A stretch of 64,000 nucleotides of DNA from Balanoglossus misakiensis (taxonomy: Eukaryota; Animalia; Hemichordata): the NCBI GenBank assembly GCA_040954595.2, contig CM082592.2, positions 1,550,001-1,614,000 of the forward strand. The letters run 5' to 3'. A model generated the notes under the pieces. That model had not been told where the DNA came from and did no database searches. It worked only from the letters and a program-made list of their open reading frames with translations. Below are positions 25,201 to 36,876 of the stretch, one piece after another. The stretch's first letter is position 1; each line of letters opens with the position of its first letter. The position numbers were made by a program, and so were the translations under genes.

Positions 25201-28115
25201 AACACACAGGCCGGAGTGCATAAGAAAATTTTCCAGTAGACTCTGTAGATCGACGGTGTGTTCTAAAATATCCATGGTTGCTTCCAAACGCCGTCTTGTT
25301 ATTTTCATATTCCGTCGTGATGCGTAGAACACACAGGCCGGAGTGCATAAGAAAATTTTCCAGTAGACTCTGTAGATCGACGGTGTGTTCTAAAATATCC
25401 ATGGTTGCTTCCAAACGCTGTCTTGTTATTTTCATATTCCGTCGTGATGCGTAGAACACACAGGCCGGAGTGCATTATAACATTTTCCAGTAGACTCTGT
25501 AGATCGACGGTGTGTTCTAAGATATCCATGGTTGCTTCCAAACGCCGTCTTGTTATTTTCATATTCCGTCGTGATGCGTAGAACACACAGGCCGGAGTGC
25601 ATTAGAACATTTTCCAGTAGACTCTGTAGATCGACGGTGTGTTCTAAGATATCCATGGTTGCTTCCAAACGCCGTCTTGTTATTTTCATATTCCGTCGTG
25701 ATGCGTAGAACACACAGGCCGGAGTGCATTAGAACATTTTCCAGTAGACTCTGTAGATCGACGGTGTGTTCTAAAATATCCATGGTTGCTTCCAAACGCC
25801 GTCTTGTTATTTTCATATTCCGTCGTGATGCGTAGAACACACAGGCCGGAGTGCATAAGAAAATTTTCCAGTAGACTCTGTAGATCGACGGTGTGTTCTA
25901 AAATATCCATGGTTGCTTCCAAACGCCGTCTTGTTATTTTCATATTCCGTCGTGATGCGTAGAACACACAGGCCGGAGTGCATAAGAAAATTTTCCAGTA
26001 GACTCTGTAGATCGACGGTGTGTTCTAATATATCCATGGTTGCTTCCAAACGCCGTCTTGTTATTTTCATATTCCGTCGCGATGCGTAGAACACACAGGC
26101 CGGAGTGCATAAGAAAATTTTCCAGTAGACTCTGTAGATCGACGGTGTGTTCTAAAATATCCATGGTTGCTTCCAAACGCCGTCTTGTTATTTTCATATT
26201 CCGTCGTGATGCGTAGAACACACAGGCCGGAGTGCATAAGAAAATTTTCCAGTAGACTCTGTAGATCGACGGTGTGTTCTAAAATATCCATGGTTGCTTC
26301 CAAACGCTGTCTTGTTATTTTCATATTCCGTCGTGATGCGTAGAACACACAGGCCGGAGTGCATAAGAAAATTTTCCAGTAGACTCTGTAGATCGACGGT
26401 GTGTTCTAAAATATCCATGGTTGCTTCCAAACGCCGTCTTGTTATTTTCATATTCCGTCGTGATGCGTAGAACACACAGGCCGGAGTGCATAAGAAAATT
26501 TTCCAGTAGACTCTGTAGATCGACGGTGTGTTCTAATATATCCATGGTTGCTTCCAAACGCCGTCTTGTTATTTTCATATTCCGTCGTGATGCGTAGAAC
26601 ACACAGGCCGGAGTGCATTAGAACATTTTCCAGTAGACTCTGTAGATCGACGGTGTGTTCTAAAATATCCATGGTTGCTTCCAAACGCCGTCTTGTTATT
26701 TTCATATTCCGTCGTGATGCGTAGAACACACAGGCCGGAGTGCATAAGAAAATTTTCCAGTAGACTCTGTAGATCGACGGTGTGTTCTAAAATATCCATG
26801 GTTGCTTCCAAACGCTGTCTTGTTATTTTCATATTCCGTCGTGATGCGTAGAACACACAGGCCGGAGTGCATAAGAAAATTTTCCAGTAGACTCTGTAGA
26901 TCGACGGTATGTTCTAATATATCCATGGTTGCTTCCAAACGCCGTCTTGTTATTTTCATATTCCGTCGTGATGCGTAGAACACACAGGCCGGAGTGCATA
27001 AGAAAATTTTCCAGTAGACTCTGTAGATCGACGGTGTGTTCTAAAATATCCATGGTTGCTTCCAAACGCCGTCTTGTTATTTTCATATTCCGTCGTGATG
27101 CGTAGAACACACAGGCCGGAGTGCATAAGAAAATTTTCCAGTAGACTCTGTAGATCGACGGTGTGTTCTAATATATCCATGGTTGCTTCCAAACGCCGTC
27201 TTGTTATTTTCATATTCCGTCGTGATGCGTAGAACACACAGGCCGGAGTGCATAAGAAAATTTTCCAGTAGACTCTGTAGATCGACGGTGTGTTCTAAAA
27301 TATCCATGGTTGCTTCCAAACGCCGTCTTGTTATTTTCATATTCCGTCGTGATGCGTAGAACACACAGGCCGGAGTGCATAAGAAAATTTTCCAGTAGAC
27401 TCTGTAGATCGACGGTGTGTTCTAAAATATCCATGGTTGCTTCCAAACGCTGTCTTGTTATTTTCATATTCCGTCGTGATGCGTAGAACACACAGGCCGG
27501 AGTGCATAAGAAAATTTTCCAGTAGACTCTGTAGATCGACGGTGTGTTCTAATATATCCATGGTTGCTTCCAAACGCCGTCTTGTTATTTTCATATTCCG
27601 TCGTGATGCGTAGAACACACAGGCCGGAGTGCATAAGAAAATTTTCCAGTAGACTCTGTAGATCGACGGTGTGTTCTAAAATATCCATGGTTGCTTCCAA
27701 ACGCAGTCTTGTTATTTTCATATTCCGTTGTGATGCGTGGAACACACAGGCCTGAGTGCATGTAGATCGACGATTTGTTCTAAAATATCCATGGATGCTT
27801 CCAAACACCGTCTTTTTCTTTGCATATTCCGTTGTGATGCGTAGAACACACAGGCCGGAGCGCAAAAGAAAGTTTTCCGGTAGACTCTGTAGATCGACGG
27901 TTTGTTCTAAAATATCCATGGATGCTTCCAAACGCCGTCTTGTTATTTTCATATTCCGTCGTGATGCGTAGAACACACAGGCCGGAGTGCATAAGAAAAT
28001 TTTCCAGTAGACTCTGTAGATCGACGGTGTGTTCTAAAATATCCATGGTTGCTTCCAAACGCCGTCTTGTTATTTTCATATTCCGTCGTGATGCGAAGAA
28101 CACACAGGCAGGAGT
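22267..28115. repeat. 127-bp tandem satellite array, left block (about 44 monomers)
   Basis: The ORF track repeats with an exact 127-bp period. Central monomers differ at only a few positions, while edge monomers are more diverged. Confidence 0.97.
22346..22623. mobile_element. Solo LTR (278 bp) inserted in the first satellite monomer
   Basis: TGTTGTG...CACTACA ends with a 4-bp TSD ATAT (22342-22345, 22624-22627). Removing it restores aaatatccatgg of the monomer. Confidence 0.8.
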
Positions 28116-28994
28116 TGTGGCTGAAGCCATGCAAAAACAAAGGAATTTCGTATTTTTAATTATGAGGGATATGCACGAACAGTTTGTTGCTTTAAAACCT
28201 TACTCCATAAAAATAGTTCCCTTTTTGTTACGAGTTTCGATGTTGTAGACTTTTAATTTTCACAGAGAAAGATGTTGTGACTTTATGTGTACCTTTGAAG
28301 GTCATTGTGAACACATCGACAAACCATATTTCGCCCAAAAGTTTTACAAGTAGTCCATCTACGATTGTCATATCACTACACATTTTTACCTCGTGTTTTC
28401 GACTTCGCTATGGGACGGTGAAGTACACCCTCGTCTCTCGTTTCGCACCCTTCGATATTTCGTTCGTATTTCGAAACTTCCCGACCACAAGGCTTTACAA
28501 GTCGCCAGCGAGGTAATATATCTTTCGGTATTCTTACAGATATGAATTGTATTTCGTGAAACTTTATTGTAATTAGACTTTGACGAGTTGTCTGCATCTT
28601 GTACATCAGTCACGTACATCGAACTGTGTTGCTTGCACATATCTGTTTTCGATTGAAATCATTCTCGATTTTTGTATATGTAATTCTTTCGATTTGACAT
28701 TTTGTATTTGTATTTATGTTTCAGTTTTTACGGTTTACGGTTTACTCGGTCTTTTCGTACCACGGTTTATTCGGTCTATTCGAATCAGTCTCGGTCATTC
28801 TCGAGGTCTATTTGGCCTATTCGCATCGAGGTCTGCGCACATCTCGTCTTTCGAAGTCTTTCGACTATTGTGTACAGTCTCGTACGGTTGCTTTCGGCGA
28901 TCGCTCGATCGATTTATCGACAATAAACCGAAGACCCGTATATGGAAACTCGACTCTGACTTTTGAATATTACGGAAAAGCTTTGGCGGTCACA
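28116..28994 (+). repeat. BEL/Pao 5' LTR
   Basis: TGTGGC...GTCACA with AATAAA at about 28922. The 3' boundary is inferred from the terminal inverted repeat because both LTRs are followed by internal sequence. Confidence 0.75.
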
Positions 28995-29676
28995 GTAAAA
29001 ACTCGGGCGCTAGTAAAAACTCGTGCGCGAGTAGGAACTCGGACCTTCGAAACAGAACTCGGAACGGACGTAAGTCTTTCAACGATTTTATTGCTGTTCG
29101 ATCTGGAGGTGAAATTATCGTCCTACACCATTGTGTGTGACGTCATCGGTTCATCCGAAGACTCGTCGTCGAGGGCGCTGTTACATGGTTCAGCCAGTAT
29201 TCGCCTATTACCCTACTGTTGAATCAACCCATGAAGACTACAGACTGCAGAGAAGAGTGAAGATGTTCAGCGACTGTTAACAGAAGCAGCAGATTGAACA
29301 TTCTAGACACTCTCCTTCGGAATTAGGACAGAATATTGAACACTGACTTTGAACATTAATATTGAACTTTGAACTCTGAGCACATTTCCTCATTGTCATT
29401 TTGGCTTGTGTGATTTGTACATTCAGTTTTATCAATGTCCCCAAATTGTGCACATTAGTGTCACTCGTATCAGCCTTTGCGATACAAAGAGTCTCCTTTG
29501 TTGAAACTCACACAGTTTTGAATTTGTCAAATTGTTTGAAATTTTTCACTGTCAGTACCCGGCATCAAATTGCTTGTGTAGTTACTCCCTCGGGTTTAGA
29601 TTTCGAAATTTGTATCTACACTGAATAGTCACAGTGATTGTTTCAGCTTTCTAGTTGTGTTCACCCAAGTTCAACT

Positions 29677-32600
29677 ATGGCCGAAAAGGACACACAGGAA
29701 TCAGTGCCAACCGCTGATGATCAAGGTAAGCCTGATGAAACAGATCAAATTGTAACAAAGGCAGAGATTCATGAAACTGAAATGGATGAAAATGTGTATA
29801 CATTACGCAGATCAGAACGAGTACCCAAGCTTACTGAGAAAGCTAGGGAAGGTAAGTTAATTGATTTGGAGAAGCAGTTCTGGCGTACTCACAATCGGTT
29901 GTTGTCATTTGTGAAAAACCCTGACATATTCGACAAAGAGTCTGTAGAAAACATATATACTATTTTGAAAGAAATAGAGCGCGAGCGCACTGTTTTGATT
30001 GAAATTCATGATCAGATACGCGCCGTGTCGGACACCCCCTTAGAGGATGTATTGAAAGCCGTCGATCGTTTGAATTTGCGCGTGGATAGTGTCATCAATT
30101 ATGCACAGCGACTGATTGCGCGAGCCGATGCTCATAGCTCAGTTTCATTCGGATCCGTGCCTTCACATCACACAAAGTCGAGCTCTAGGTCATCCAAACG
30201 ATCCAGCTCTTCCAGTACGTCATCAGTACGGAGAAACGCTGCTGTCAGGGCAGCTGCCCTACAGGCGGAAATCGAAGCAAAACATGAAGAGACAGCACAT
30301 GAAGAGGAATTGGAACACTTAGAGGCAGAAGAAAAAAGACGACAAGCGGCAGCTGTGGCAGAAGAGAGAAGACGCCAAGAAGAAGCTGAGGCAGAAATAC
30401 GTCGTAGGAAAAGAGTGTTAGAAAGACAGAAACTAGTAGGAGAACTGCATGTGGAGAAAGCGAAGATAGCTGCTTGTGAAAGAGAAGAACTACTCGACAA
30501 CCTGCCATTAGCGAAGACTGTGTTTCCACCGGTGACGAGCGAGTTACCTATCGTGAAGACCGAACCGATCAGCCAGTCGACACCAGCTGCTCACATTCCC
30601 ACGCGTACTGTAAAAACAGAACCAGTCACCCCGCCGACTACCAAGCCGTCGACGTCGCAACCGAAACCACAAGATTATACACTACGTGCAACAGCAAATG
30701 AATATCGCCCATCGGAGAACAGAGAAGACCTCAAGGTATTGACAGAAGCCTTGGCAACATCTGTGTCCTTGAGCAGACTCGCTACACCCGAACCACCAAT
30801 ATTCATGGGAGACCCACTTTCTTATCCAGATTGGATATCGTCTTTCATCACCTTAGTTGAATCACGAGGGGTCCCACCAATCGAAAGAATCCATCACCTG
30901 AAGAAGTATTTGGGTGGACCTGCTAAGGAAGCAGTCGCCGGATGCTTCTTACTCCGAAGTGAAGGAGCATACGAAGAGGCAAGAACCATTCTGGAAGAAC
31001 GATACGGTAATTCTTTCGCCGTAACAGAGGCCTTTAGAGAAAAAATTGAAAGATGGCCGAGAATCCCCGGCAAGGACGGGAAGGCATTGCGAAAGTTCGC
31101 AGACTTCTTGAAACAATGCCGGATTGCGATGAAGGATATCCCAGACCTCGCAGTGCTGAACGATATCCACGAAAATAGGAAAATGCTCCAGAAGTTACCG
31201 GACTGGCTCGTAAACAGATGGAGCAGGATCGTAGCAAAAATAAAAAAGGCTACGAACGCATACCCCCCATTCGAAAGATTTGTCTGCTTCATGATGGAGG
31301 AGGCAGATATTGCATGTGACCCATTGACCTCAATCGGCTCGCTGAGGTCACCAACGGACAGAGACCCGGAGAAAACTCCGACCAGCACCAGGAGGCGCAA
31401 CCCAGGTGCACGTACGCTCTCGACCACAGCAAAACCAGGGGCGGTAAACCAGTCGTGTGTTTTCTGCAAAAAGACTGGGCACGCTATACAGGAATGTTAT
31501 AGCTTTGCTTCCACGCCTATGTCTGAAAGACAGGAATTTGTTCGAAAGGGCGGTTACTGCTTCGGATGTCTTAACACGGGGCACATCTCAAAGAACTGCA
31601 AATCCCGTGGCGTGTGTAAAAAATGCAGTAGGAAACATCCCACCAGTCTGCATTCCGACGAAAAAATTGTCCAGCCGAGGATGTTTAATTCGTCCATGAA
31701 CGAAACCATGAGCACTGTTCAGTCTCCAGTGCGAGACTACAGAAAAGAAACCACACCTGAAACGAAGAAAGCGGACTGCTATGGTGTGACTTGCCCGCGA
31801 GGAAAGTCTATTTCGTCGATGATCGTTCCAGTATGGATTTCTGGATACGAAGAACCGAACAGAGAGATTCTAGTGTACGCGCTGTTGGACACACAGTCAG
31901 ACACTACTTTCGTGTTGGATCATGTCGCTGAACAGCTACATACAGCATCTGAGCCAGCAAACCTTCGTATGACAACCATGACAACGAGCAACAAGGTTGT
32001 CACCTGTCACAAGTATCGCAAACTCAGAGTTCGCGGATTTGACTGTGACAAAATAGTTCCGTTGCCCACTACGTATTCGCTTGATTACATACCAGTGGAA
32101 AAATCGCACATACCCACTCGTGATATGGCCAATGGGTGGCCTCATCTTAGAGAAATCGCTACTCGTATTCATCCTCAACAGAAATGTGAAGTTGGTCTGT
32201 TGATAGGTTATGATTGTCCTCAAGCCCTAGCACCTCGTAGCTGTGTCACAGGCAGTGGAAATCAGCCATTCGCAGTAGAGACAGACTTAGGATGGAGCAT
32301 CGTCGGACATCTTACACATCGAGATGAAAGGGAAGATGTCTTCAGTTTTACCCATAGAGTACTTACAAGGGTGATACCAGACGGTCTACAACCAGGTGTA
32401 GACAGTCAGCAGAGACTTCGTATGGAAGAGTCTCATTCGTCGGCAGTTCGTTATGCCTTTAAGACCACAGCCAAGGAGCAAGTCCTCAACCCTTTGGACG
32501 TGGTGAGAATTCTCGAATCGGACTTCAACGAACAAAGAGTTGAAGAAACCGCCATGTCTCAGGACGACATTCGATTTTTGAAGATCATGGAAAATGGTAT

Positions 32601-35600
32601 TTCGAAAGAACCAGATGGATTCTATACAATGCCACTTCCATTCAGACAAGATAGACCAGCGCTTCCAAACAACAGATGTATAGCGCAGCAGAGACTTCAG
32701 TACTTGAAAAGGCGCTTCAAGTCAAACCCAAAGTATCTGAACGACTACAGAAACTTCATGAAAGACATTATCGCGTCAGGAGATGCGGAACTGGTCGACG
32801 ACAAGAATACACATGATGGATCGATGTGGTATATTCCACACCATGGGGTGTATCACCCTAAAAAACCAGACAAAATTCGTGTCGTGTTCGATTGTAGTGC
32901 AAGGTTCAAGGGAACGAGCCTCAACGATCATTTGTTGCAGGGACCGGATCAGATAAATTCCCTCATCGGTGTACTTTGTCGTTTTCGCAAAGAGAACATC
33001 GCAGTCATGTGTGACATCGAGCGAATGTTCCACAGATTCAGAGTCAAGAAAGATGACAGAAACTATCTCCGATTCCTTTGGTGGAGAGATGGTAATGTCG
33101 ACTCGGAACCAGTTACTTACAGGATGAATGTTCACCTATTCGGCGCTGTGTCCTCGCCAGGATGCGCGAACTACGGACTTCGACAAGTGGCCAAAGACAA
33201 CCCACAACATGGTAAGAGTGCAGTAGATTTCGTCGCAAAGAATTTCTATGTTGATGATGGTCTCCATAGTCTCGAGACGGCATCAGAGGCTGTCCAACTT
33301 ATACAGGATGTTCGCAACCTTTGCGCAGAAGGAAATTTACGTCTGCACAAGTTCATATCGAATGACAGAACTACGATGGAATCTGTCCCTATTTCAGAGC
33401 GTGCCAAGAACGTCAAGGATTTGGATTTGTCGTTCAGTGAGCTACCTATCGAAAGAGCACTTGGAATCGAGTGGCGCGTTGAGTCAGACTCGTTCCATTT
33501 TTCGCCTATCATCAAGATGCACTCGCCTTCTCGCCGTGGAATACTTTCGGCAGTAGCATCTGTTTTCGATCCTCTCGGATTTCTCGCACCTTTCGTACTT
33601 CGAGGAAAACGGATCTTGCAAGAGATGTGCAAGAAAGGAACCGATTGGGATGATCCCTTGCCAGACGATTTACGTCCGAGGTGGGAATCATGGCTTGCTG
33701 AGTTGCCCAAGCTAGACGACTTGAAGATAAGAAGGTGCTTCAAGCCGCAACATTTCGGACCAGTGAAGAAAGTTGAGCTTCACCACTTCTCGGATGCCAG
33801 CCTGACAGGTTATGGGCAGTGTTCGTATATCAGACTAGTCGACAGTCTAGATAATATTCATTGTTCGCTCGTGATGGGAAAGGCTAGAGTCGCCCCTTTG
33901 AAACCCATTACTGTTCCTCGATTGGAACTTCAAGCTGCTGTTGTCTCTATACAGGTCAGCAATCTACTGAACAAAGAGTTAGATTACCCAGTGATGGAGA
34001 ACTTCTACTGGACAGACTCGAAAGTGGTACTCGGCTACATAGGAAATGATGCTCGCCGCTTCCACATATATGTCGCGAATCGCATACAAAGAATTAAAGA
34101 ATCATCTCAGCCAGAGCAGTGGCGCTATGTCCACACTGAGGAGAACCCTGCAGATCATGCATCTCGTGGACTCGGCGTTGATGGACTGATGAAGTCCAAT
34201 TGGTTTAGAGGTCCTGCCTTTTTGTGGGACAAAGAGCTTCCTCTGTCCACTCGGGTAGACGCACAGGTGTCAGCAGATGACCCCGAGGTAAAGAATACCA
34301 GAACATTGATGACTTCCTCGACTGCAACGTCATCCATGTTACATCGTGTAGAGCGATTTTCGGATTGGAACAAGGTTGTAGGAGCATTCGCCACCTTGTA
34401 TCGCTATGTATCCGGGAAGGGAAAGCGAAAGGAAATTGCTTCCGGAGAAACAAGACAAAAAGCTACCATGGCCATCGTGGCATGGGCCCAACAGGAAGCT
34501 TTCAAAGAAGAAATAGAGTCATTGAAATGTCGCACCTCAGAAGACAGTGAACCCTCAATGGTGAAACGTAACAGTCACCTGTACCCATTGAACCCATACC
34601 TAGATGATCAGCAGATACTCAGAGTTGGAGGCAGACTGAGTAGATCCTCCATGCCTGACTATGTCCAGCACCCTATTATTCTACCTCGAAAGAGTCACGT
34701 GACTACACTGCTTATCAGATGGTGTCATGAGCAAGTGGCCCACCAGGGACGTGGTATTACAGTGAACAAACTCAGATCGTGTGGATTCTGGATCATCAAC
34801 TGCAACACAGCAGTCGCTTCGTATATACACAAGTGTGTTCAGTGTAGGAAACTCAGAGGCAAGGCCAACACACAGAGAATGGCAGATTTGCCCAAAGATC
34901 GTCTCGAGCCATCGCCGCCATTTACCTATTGTGGAATGGACTGCTTTGGACCTTTCGTCGTGAAGGAACGCCGCAGTGATGTGAAACGATATGGTGTCAT
35001 TTTCACTTGCCTAGCGCTTCGAGCCATACACATAGAGGTTGTCGAAGAAATGTCAACCGATGCATTTCTGAATTCGCTTCGCACATTCATCGCTATCAGA
35101 GGACCCGTACGACACTTGCGTTGTGATCGGGGATCCAATTTCGTAGGAGCCAGGAATGAGCTTCAGCTTGGATTGCAAGCTCTCGACGAAGGAAGAATCA
35201 AAGATGTGTTGTCCAAACGACAGTGTGAATTTGTTTTCAATTCACCCTCCTCGAGTCATATGGGAGGCGTTTGGGAACGTCAAATACGGTCGGTCAGAAA
35301 CGTTCTCGCAGGAATTCTGGAAAAGATGGGATCCAGATTGAACACTTCGTCTCTTCGTACTCTGATGTACGAAGCAATGGCGATCGTGAATAGTCGACCC
35401 TTATCAGCAGAAAACTTGAACGACCCTACTGGACCGATGCCTCTTACTCCAAATCAGCTGCTGACTATGAAATCGGATGTGATTTTGCCACCGCCAGGCA
35501 ACTTCGTCAGAGAAGATCTGTATGCCAGGAAACGATGGCGTGCTGTTCAGTATCTTGCGAACGAGTTCTGGACAAGATGGCGTAAGGAATACTTACAGAA

Positions 35601-35892
35601 TCTACAGGCCAGACAGAAGTGGCAGGAAACAAAGAGGAACCTTGAAGTTGGAGATATTGTACTTCTGAAGGAAGATGACACTGTGAGAAATCAGTGGAGA
35701 CTTGCAAAAGTAATAGACACTTTGCGCGATGATGATTGTTTGATACGCAGAGTCACTATCCTTGTGGGTGATCCCAACCTCTCGAAACAAGGACAAGGTA
35801 AGAAAGTAGACAAGGCAACAATTTTAGAAAGGCCTATTCATAAGCTTGTTTTATTGGTAGAAAATCCCGAAGCAGAAAAAATGCTAAGGTAA
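29677..35892 (+). CDS. BEL/Pao Gag-Pol polyprotein (about 2070 aa)
   Basis: Three zinc knuckles (CVFC..H..C, CFGC..H..C, CKKC..H..H), protease LLDTQSD, RT FYVDD, RNase H FSDAS and integrase HHCC plus D-D-E (GMDCFGP, CDRGSNF, GGVWERQIR). No internal stops; first ATG at 29677. Confidence 0.97.
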   Translation: MAEKDTQESVPTADDQGKPDETDQIVTKAEIHETEMDENVYTLRRSERVPKLTEKAREGKLIDLEKQFWRTHNRLLSFVKNPDIFDKESVENIYTILKEIERERTVLIEIHDQIRAVSDTPLEDVLKAVDRLNLRVDSVINYAQRLIARADAHSSVSFGSVPSHHTKSSSRSSKRSSSSSTSSVRRNAAVRAAALQAEIEAKHEETAHEEELEHLEAEEKRRQAAAVAEERRRQEEAEAEIRRRKRVLERQKLVGELHVEKAKIAACEREELLDNLPLAKTVFPPVTSELPIVKTEPISQSTPAAHIPTRTVKTEPVTPPTTKPSTSQPKPQDYTLRATANEYRPSENREDLKVLTEALATSVSLSRLATPEPPIFMGDPLSYPDWISSFITLVESRGVPPIERIHHLKKYLGGPAKEAVAGCFLLRSEGAYEEARTILEERYGNSFAVTEAFREKIERWPRIPGKDGKALRKFADFLKQCRIAMKDIPDLAVLNDIHENRKMLQKLPDWLVNRWSRIVAKIKKATNAYPPFERFVCFMMEEADIACDPLTSIGSLRSPTDRDPEKTPTSTRRRNPGARTLSTTAKPGAVNQSCVFCKKTGHAIQECYSFASTPMSERQEFVRKGGYCFGCLNTGHISKNCKSRGVCKKCSRKHPTSLHSDEKIVQPRMFNSSMNETMSTVQSPVRDYRKETTPETKKADCYGVTCPRGKSISSMIVPVWISGYEEPNREILVYALLDTQSDTTFVLDHVAEQLHTASEPANLRMTTMTTSNKVVTCHKYRKLRVRGFDCDKIVPLPTTYSLDYIPVEKSHIPTRDMANGWPHLREIATRIHPQQKCEVGLLIGYDCPQALAPRSCVTGSGNQPFAVETDLGWSIVGHLTHRDEREDVFSFTHRVLTRVIPDGLQPGVDSQQRLRMEESHSSAVRYAFKTTAKEQVLNPLDVVRILESDFNEQRVEETAMSQDDIRFLKIMENGISKEPDGFYTMPLPFRQDRPALPNNRCIAQQRLQYLKRRFKSNPKYLNDYRNFMKDIIASGDAELVDDKNTHDGSMWYIPHHGVYHPKKPDKIRVVFDCSARFKGTSLNDHLLQGPDQINSLIGVLCRFRKENIAVMCDIERMFHRFRVKKDDRNYLRFLWWRDGNVDSEPVTYRMNVHLFGAVSSPGCANYGLRQVAKDNPQHGKSAVDFVAKNFYVDDGLHSLETASEAVQLIQDVRNLCAEGNLRLHKFISNDRTTMESVPISERAKNVKDLDLSFSELPIERALGIEWRVESDSFHFSPIIKMHSPSRRGILSAVASVFDPLGFLAPFVLRGKRILQEMCKKGTDWDDPLPDDLRPRWESWLAELPKLDDLKIRRCFKPQHFGPVKKVELHHFSDASLTGYGQCSYIRLVDSLDNIHCSLVMGKARVAPLKPITVPRLELQAAVVSIQVSNLLNKELDYPVMENFYWTDSKVVLGYIGNDARRFHIYVANRIQRIKESSQPEQWRYVHTEENPADHASRGLGVDGLMKSNWFRGPAFLWDKELPLSTRVDAQVSADDPEVKNTRTLMTSSTATSSMLHRVERFSDWNKVVGAFATLYRYVSGKGKRKEIASGETRQKATMAIVAWAQQEAFKEEIESLKCRTSEDSEPSMVKRNSHLYPLNPYLDDQQILRVGGRLSRSSMPDYVQHPIILPRKSHVTTLLIRWCHEQVAHQGRGITVNKLRSCGFWIINCNTAVASYIHKCVQCRKLRGKANTQRMADLPKDRLEPSPPFTYCGMDCFGPFVVKERRSDVKRYGVIFTCLALRAIHIEVVEEMSTDAFLNSLRTFIAIRGPVRHLRCDRGSNFVGARNELQLGLQALDEGRIKDVLSKRQCEFVFNSPSSSHMGGVWERQIRSVRNVLAGILEKMGSRLNTSSLRTLMYEAMAIVNSRPLSAENLNDPTGPMPLTPNQLLTMKSDVILPPPGNFVREDLYARKRWRAVQYLANEFWTRWRKEYLQNLQARQKWQETKRNLEVGDIVLLKEDDTVRNQWRLAKVIDTLRDDDCLIRRVTILVGDPNLSKQGQGKKVDKATILERPIHKLVLLVENPEAEKMLR

Positions 35893-35997
35893 GTTGTTCT
35901 CAGCGACACAGGGGAGAGCTGAGAAATAGCTTGGACGTATTTGGTAGTTGTTTTCAGTGTTTCGATTAGGTAAAATCAATGTGATTTTAGGGGGGAG

Positions 35998-36876
35998 TGT
36001 GGCTGAAGCCATGCAAAAACAAAGGAATTTCGTATTTTTAATTATGAGGGATATGCACGAACAGTTTGTTGCTTTAAAACCTTACTCCATAAAAATAGTT
36101 CCCTTTTTGTTACGAGTTTCGATGTTGTAGACTTTTAATTTTCACAGAGAAAGATGTTGTGACTTTATGTGTACCTTTGAAGGTCATTGTGAACACATCG
36201 ACAAACCATATTTCGCCCAAAAGTTTTACAAGTAGTCCATCTACGATTGTCATATCACTACACATTTTTACCTCGTGTTTTCGACTTCGCTATGGGACGG
36301 TGAAGTACACCCTCGTCTCTCGTTTCGCACCCTTCGATATTTCGTTCGTATTTCGAAACTTCCCGACCACAAGGCTTTACAAGTCGCCAGCGAGGTAATA
36401 TATCTTTCGGTATTCTTACAGATATGAATTGTATTTCGTGAAACTTTATTGTAATTAGACTTTGACGAGTTGTCTGCATCTTGTACATCAGTCACGTACA
36501 TCGAACTGTGTTGCTTGCACATATCTGTTTTCGATTGAAATCATTCTCGATTTTTGTATATGTAATTCTTTCGATTTGACATTTTGTATTTGTATTTATG
36601 TTTCAGTTTTTACGGTTTACGGTTTACTCGGTCTTTTCGTACCACGGTTTATTCGGTCTATTCGAATCAGTCTCGGTCATTCTCGAGGTCTATTTGGCCT
36701 ATTCGCATCGAGGTCTGCGCACATCTCGTCTTTCGAAGTCTTTCGACTATTGTGTACAGTCTCGTACGGTTGCTTTCGGCGATCGCTCGATCGATTTATC
36801 GACAATAAACCGAAGACCCGTATATGGAAACTCGACTCTGACTTTTGAATATTACGGAAAAGCTTTGGCGGTCACA
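35998..36876 (+). repeat. BEL/Pao second LTR, shared by two internal regions
   Basis: Appears identical to 28116-28994 (ORF translations match) and is preceded by the PPT. Confidence 0.8.

Larger units (their letters stand above)
28116..36876 (+). mobile_element. Full-length BEL/Pao LTR retrotransposon
   Basis: Two LTRs at offset 7882, a PPT (agggggggag) before the second, and a single intact gag-pol ORF. Confidence 0.95.

Noticed and set aside
22267-28115. CRISPR-like array
   Set aside because: Whole monomers repeat with no unique spacers, there are no cas genes, and the context is eukaryotic.
22567-28140. Dozens of 93-aa minus-strand ORFs as a gene family
   Set aside because: They overlap at a 127-bp period and are a by-product of the satellite.
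30116-35796. Short ORFs overlapping the BEL polyprotein
   Set aside because: Alternate-frame or antisense shadows with no recognisable motifs.
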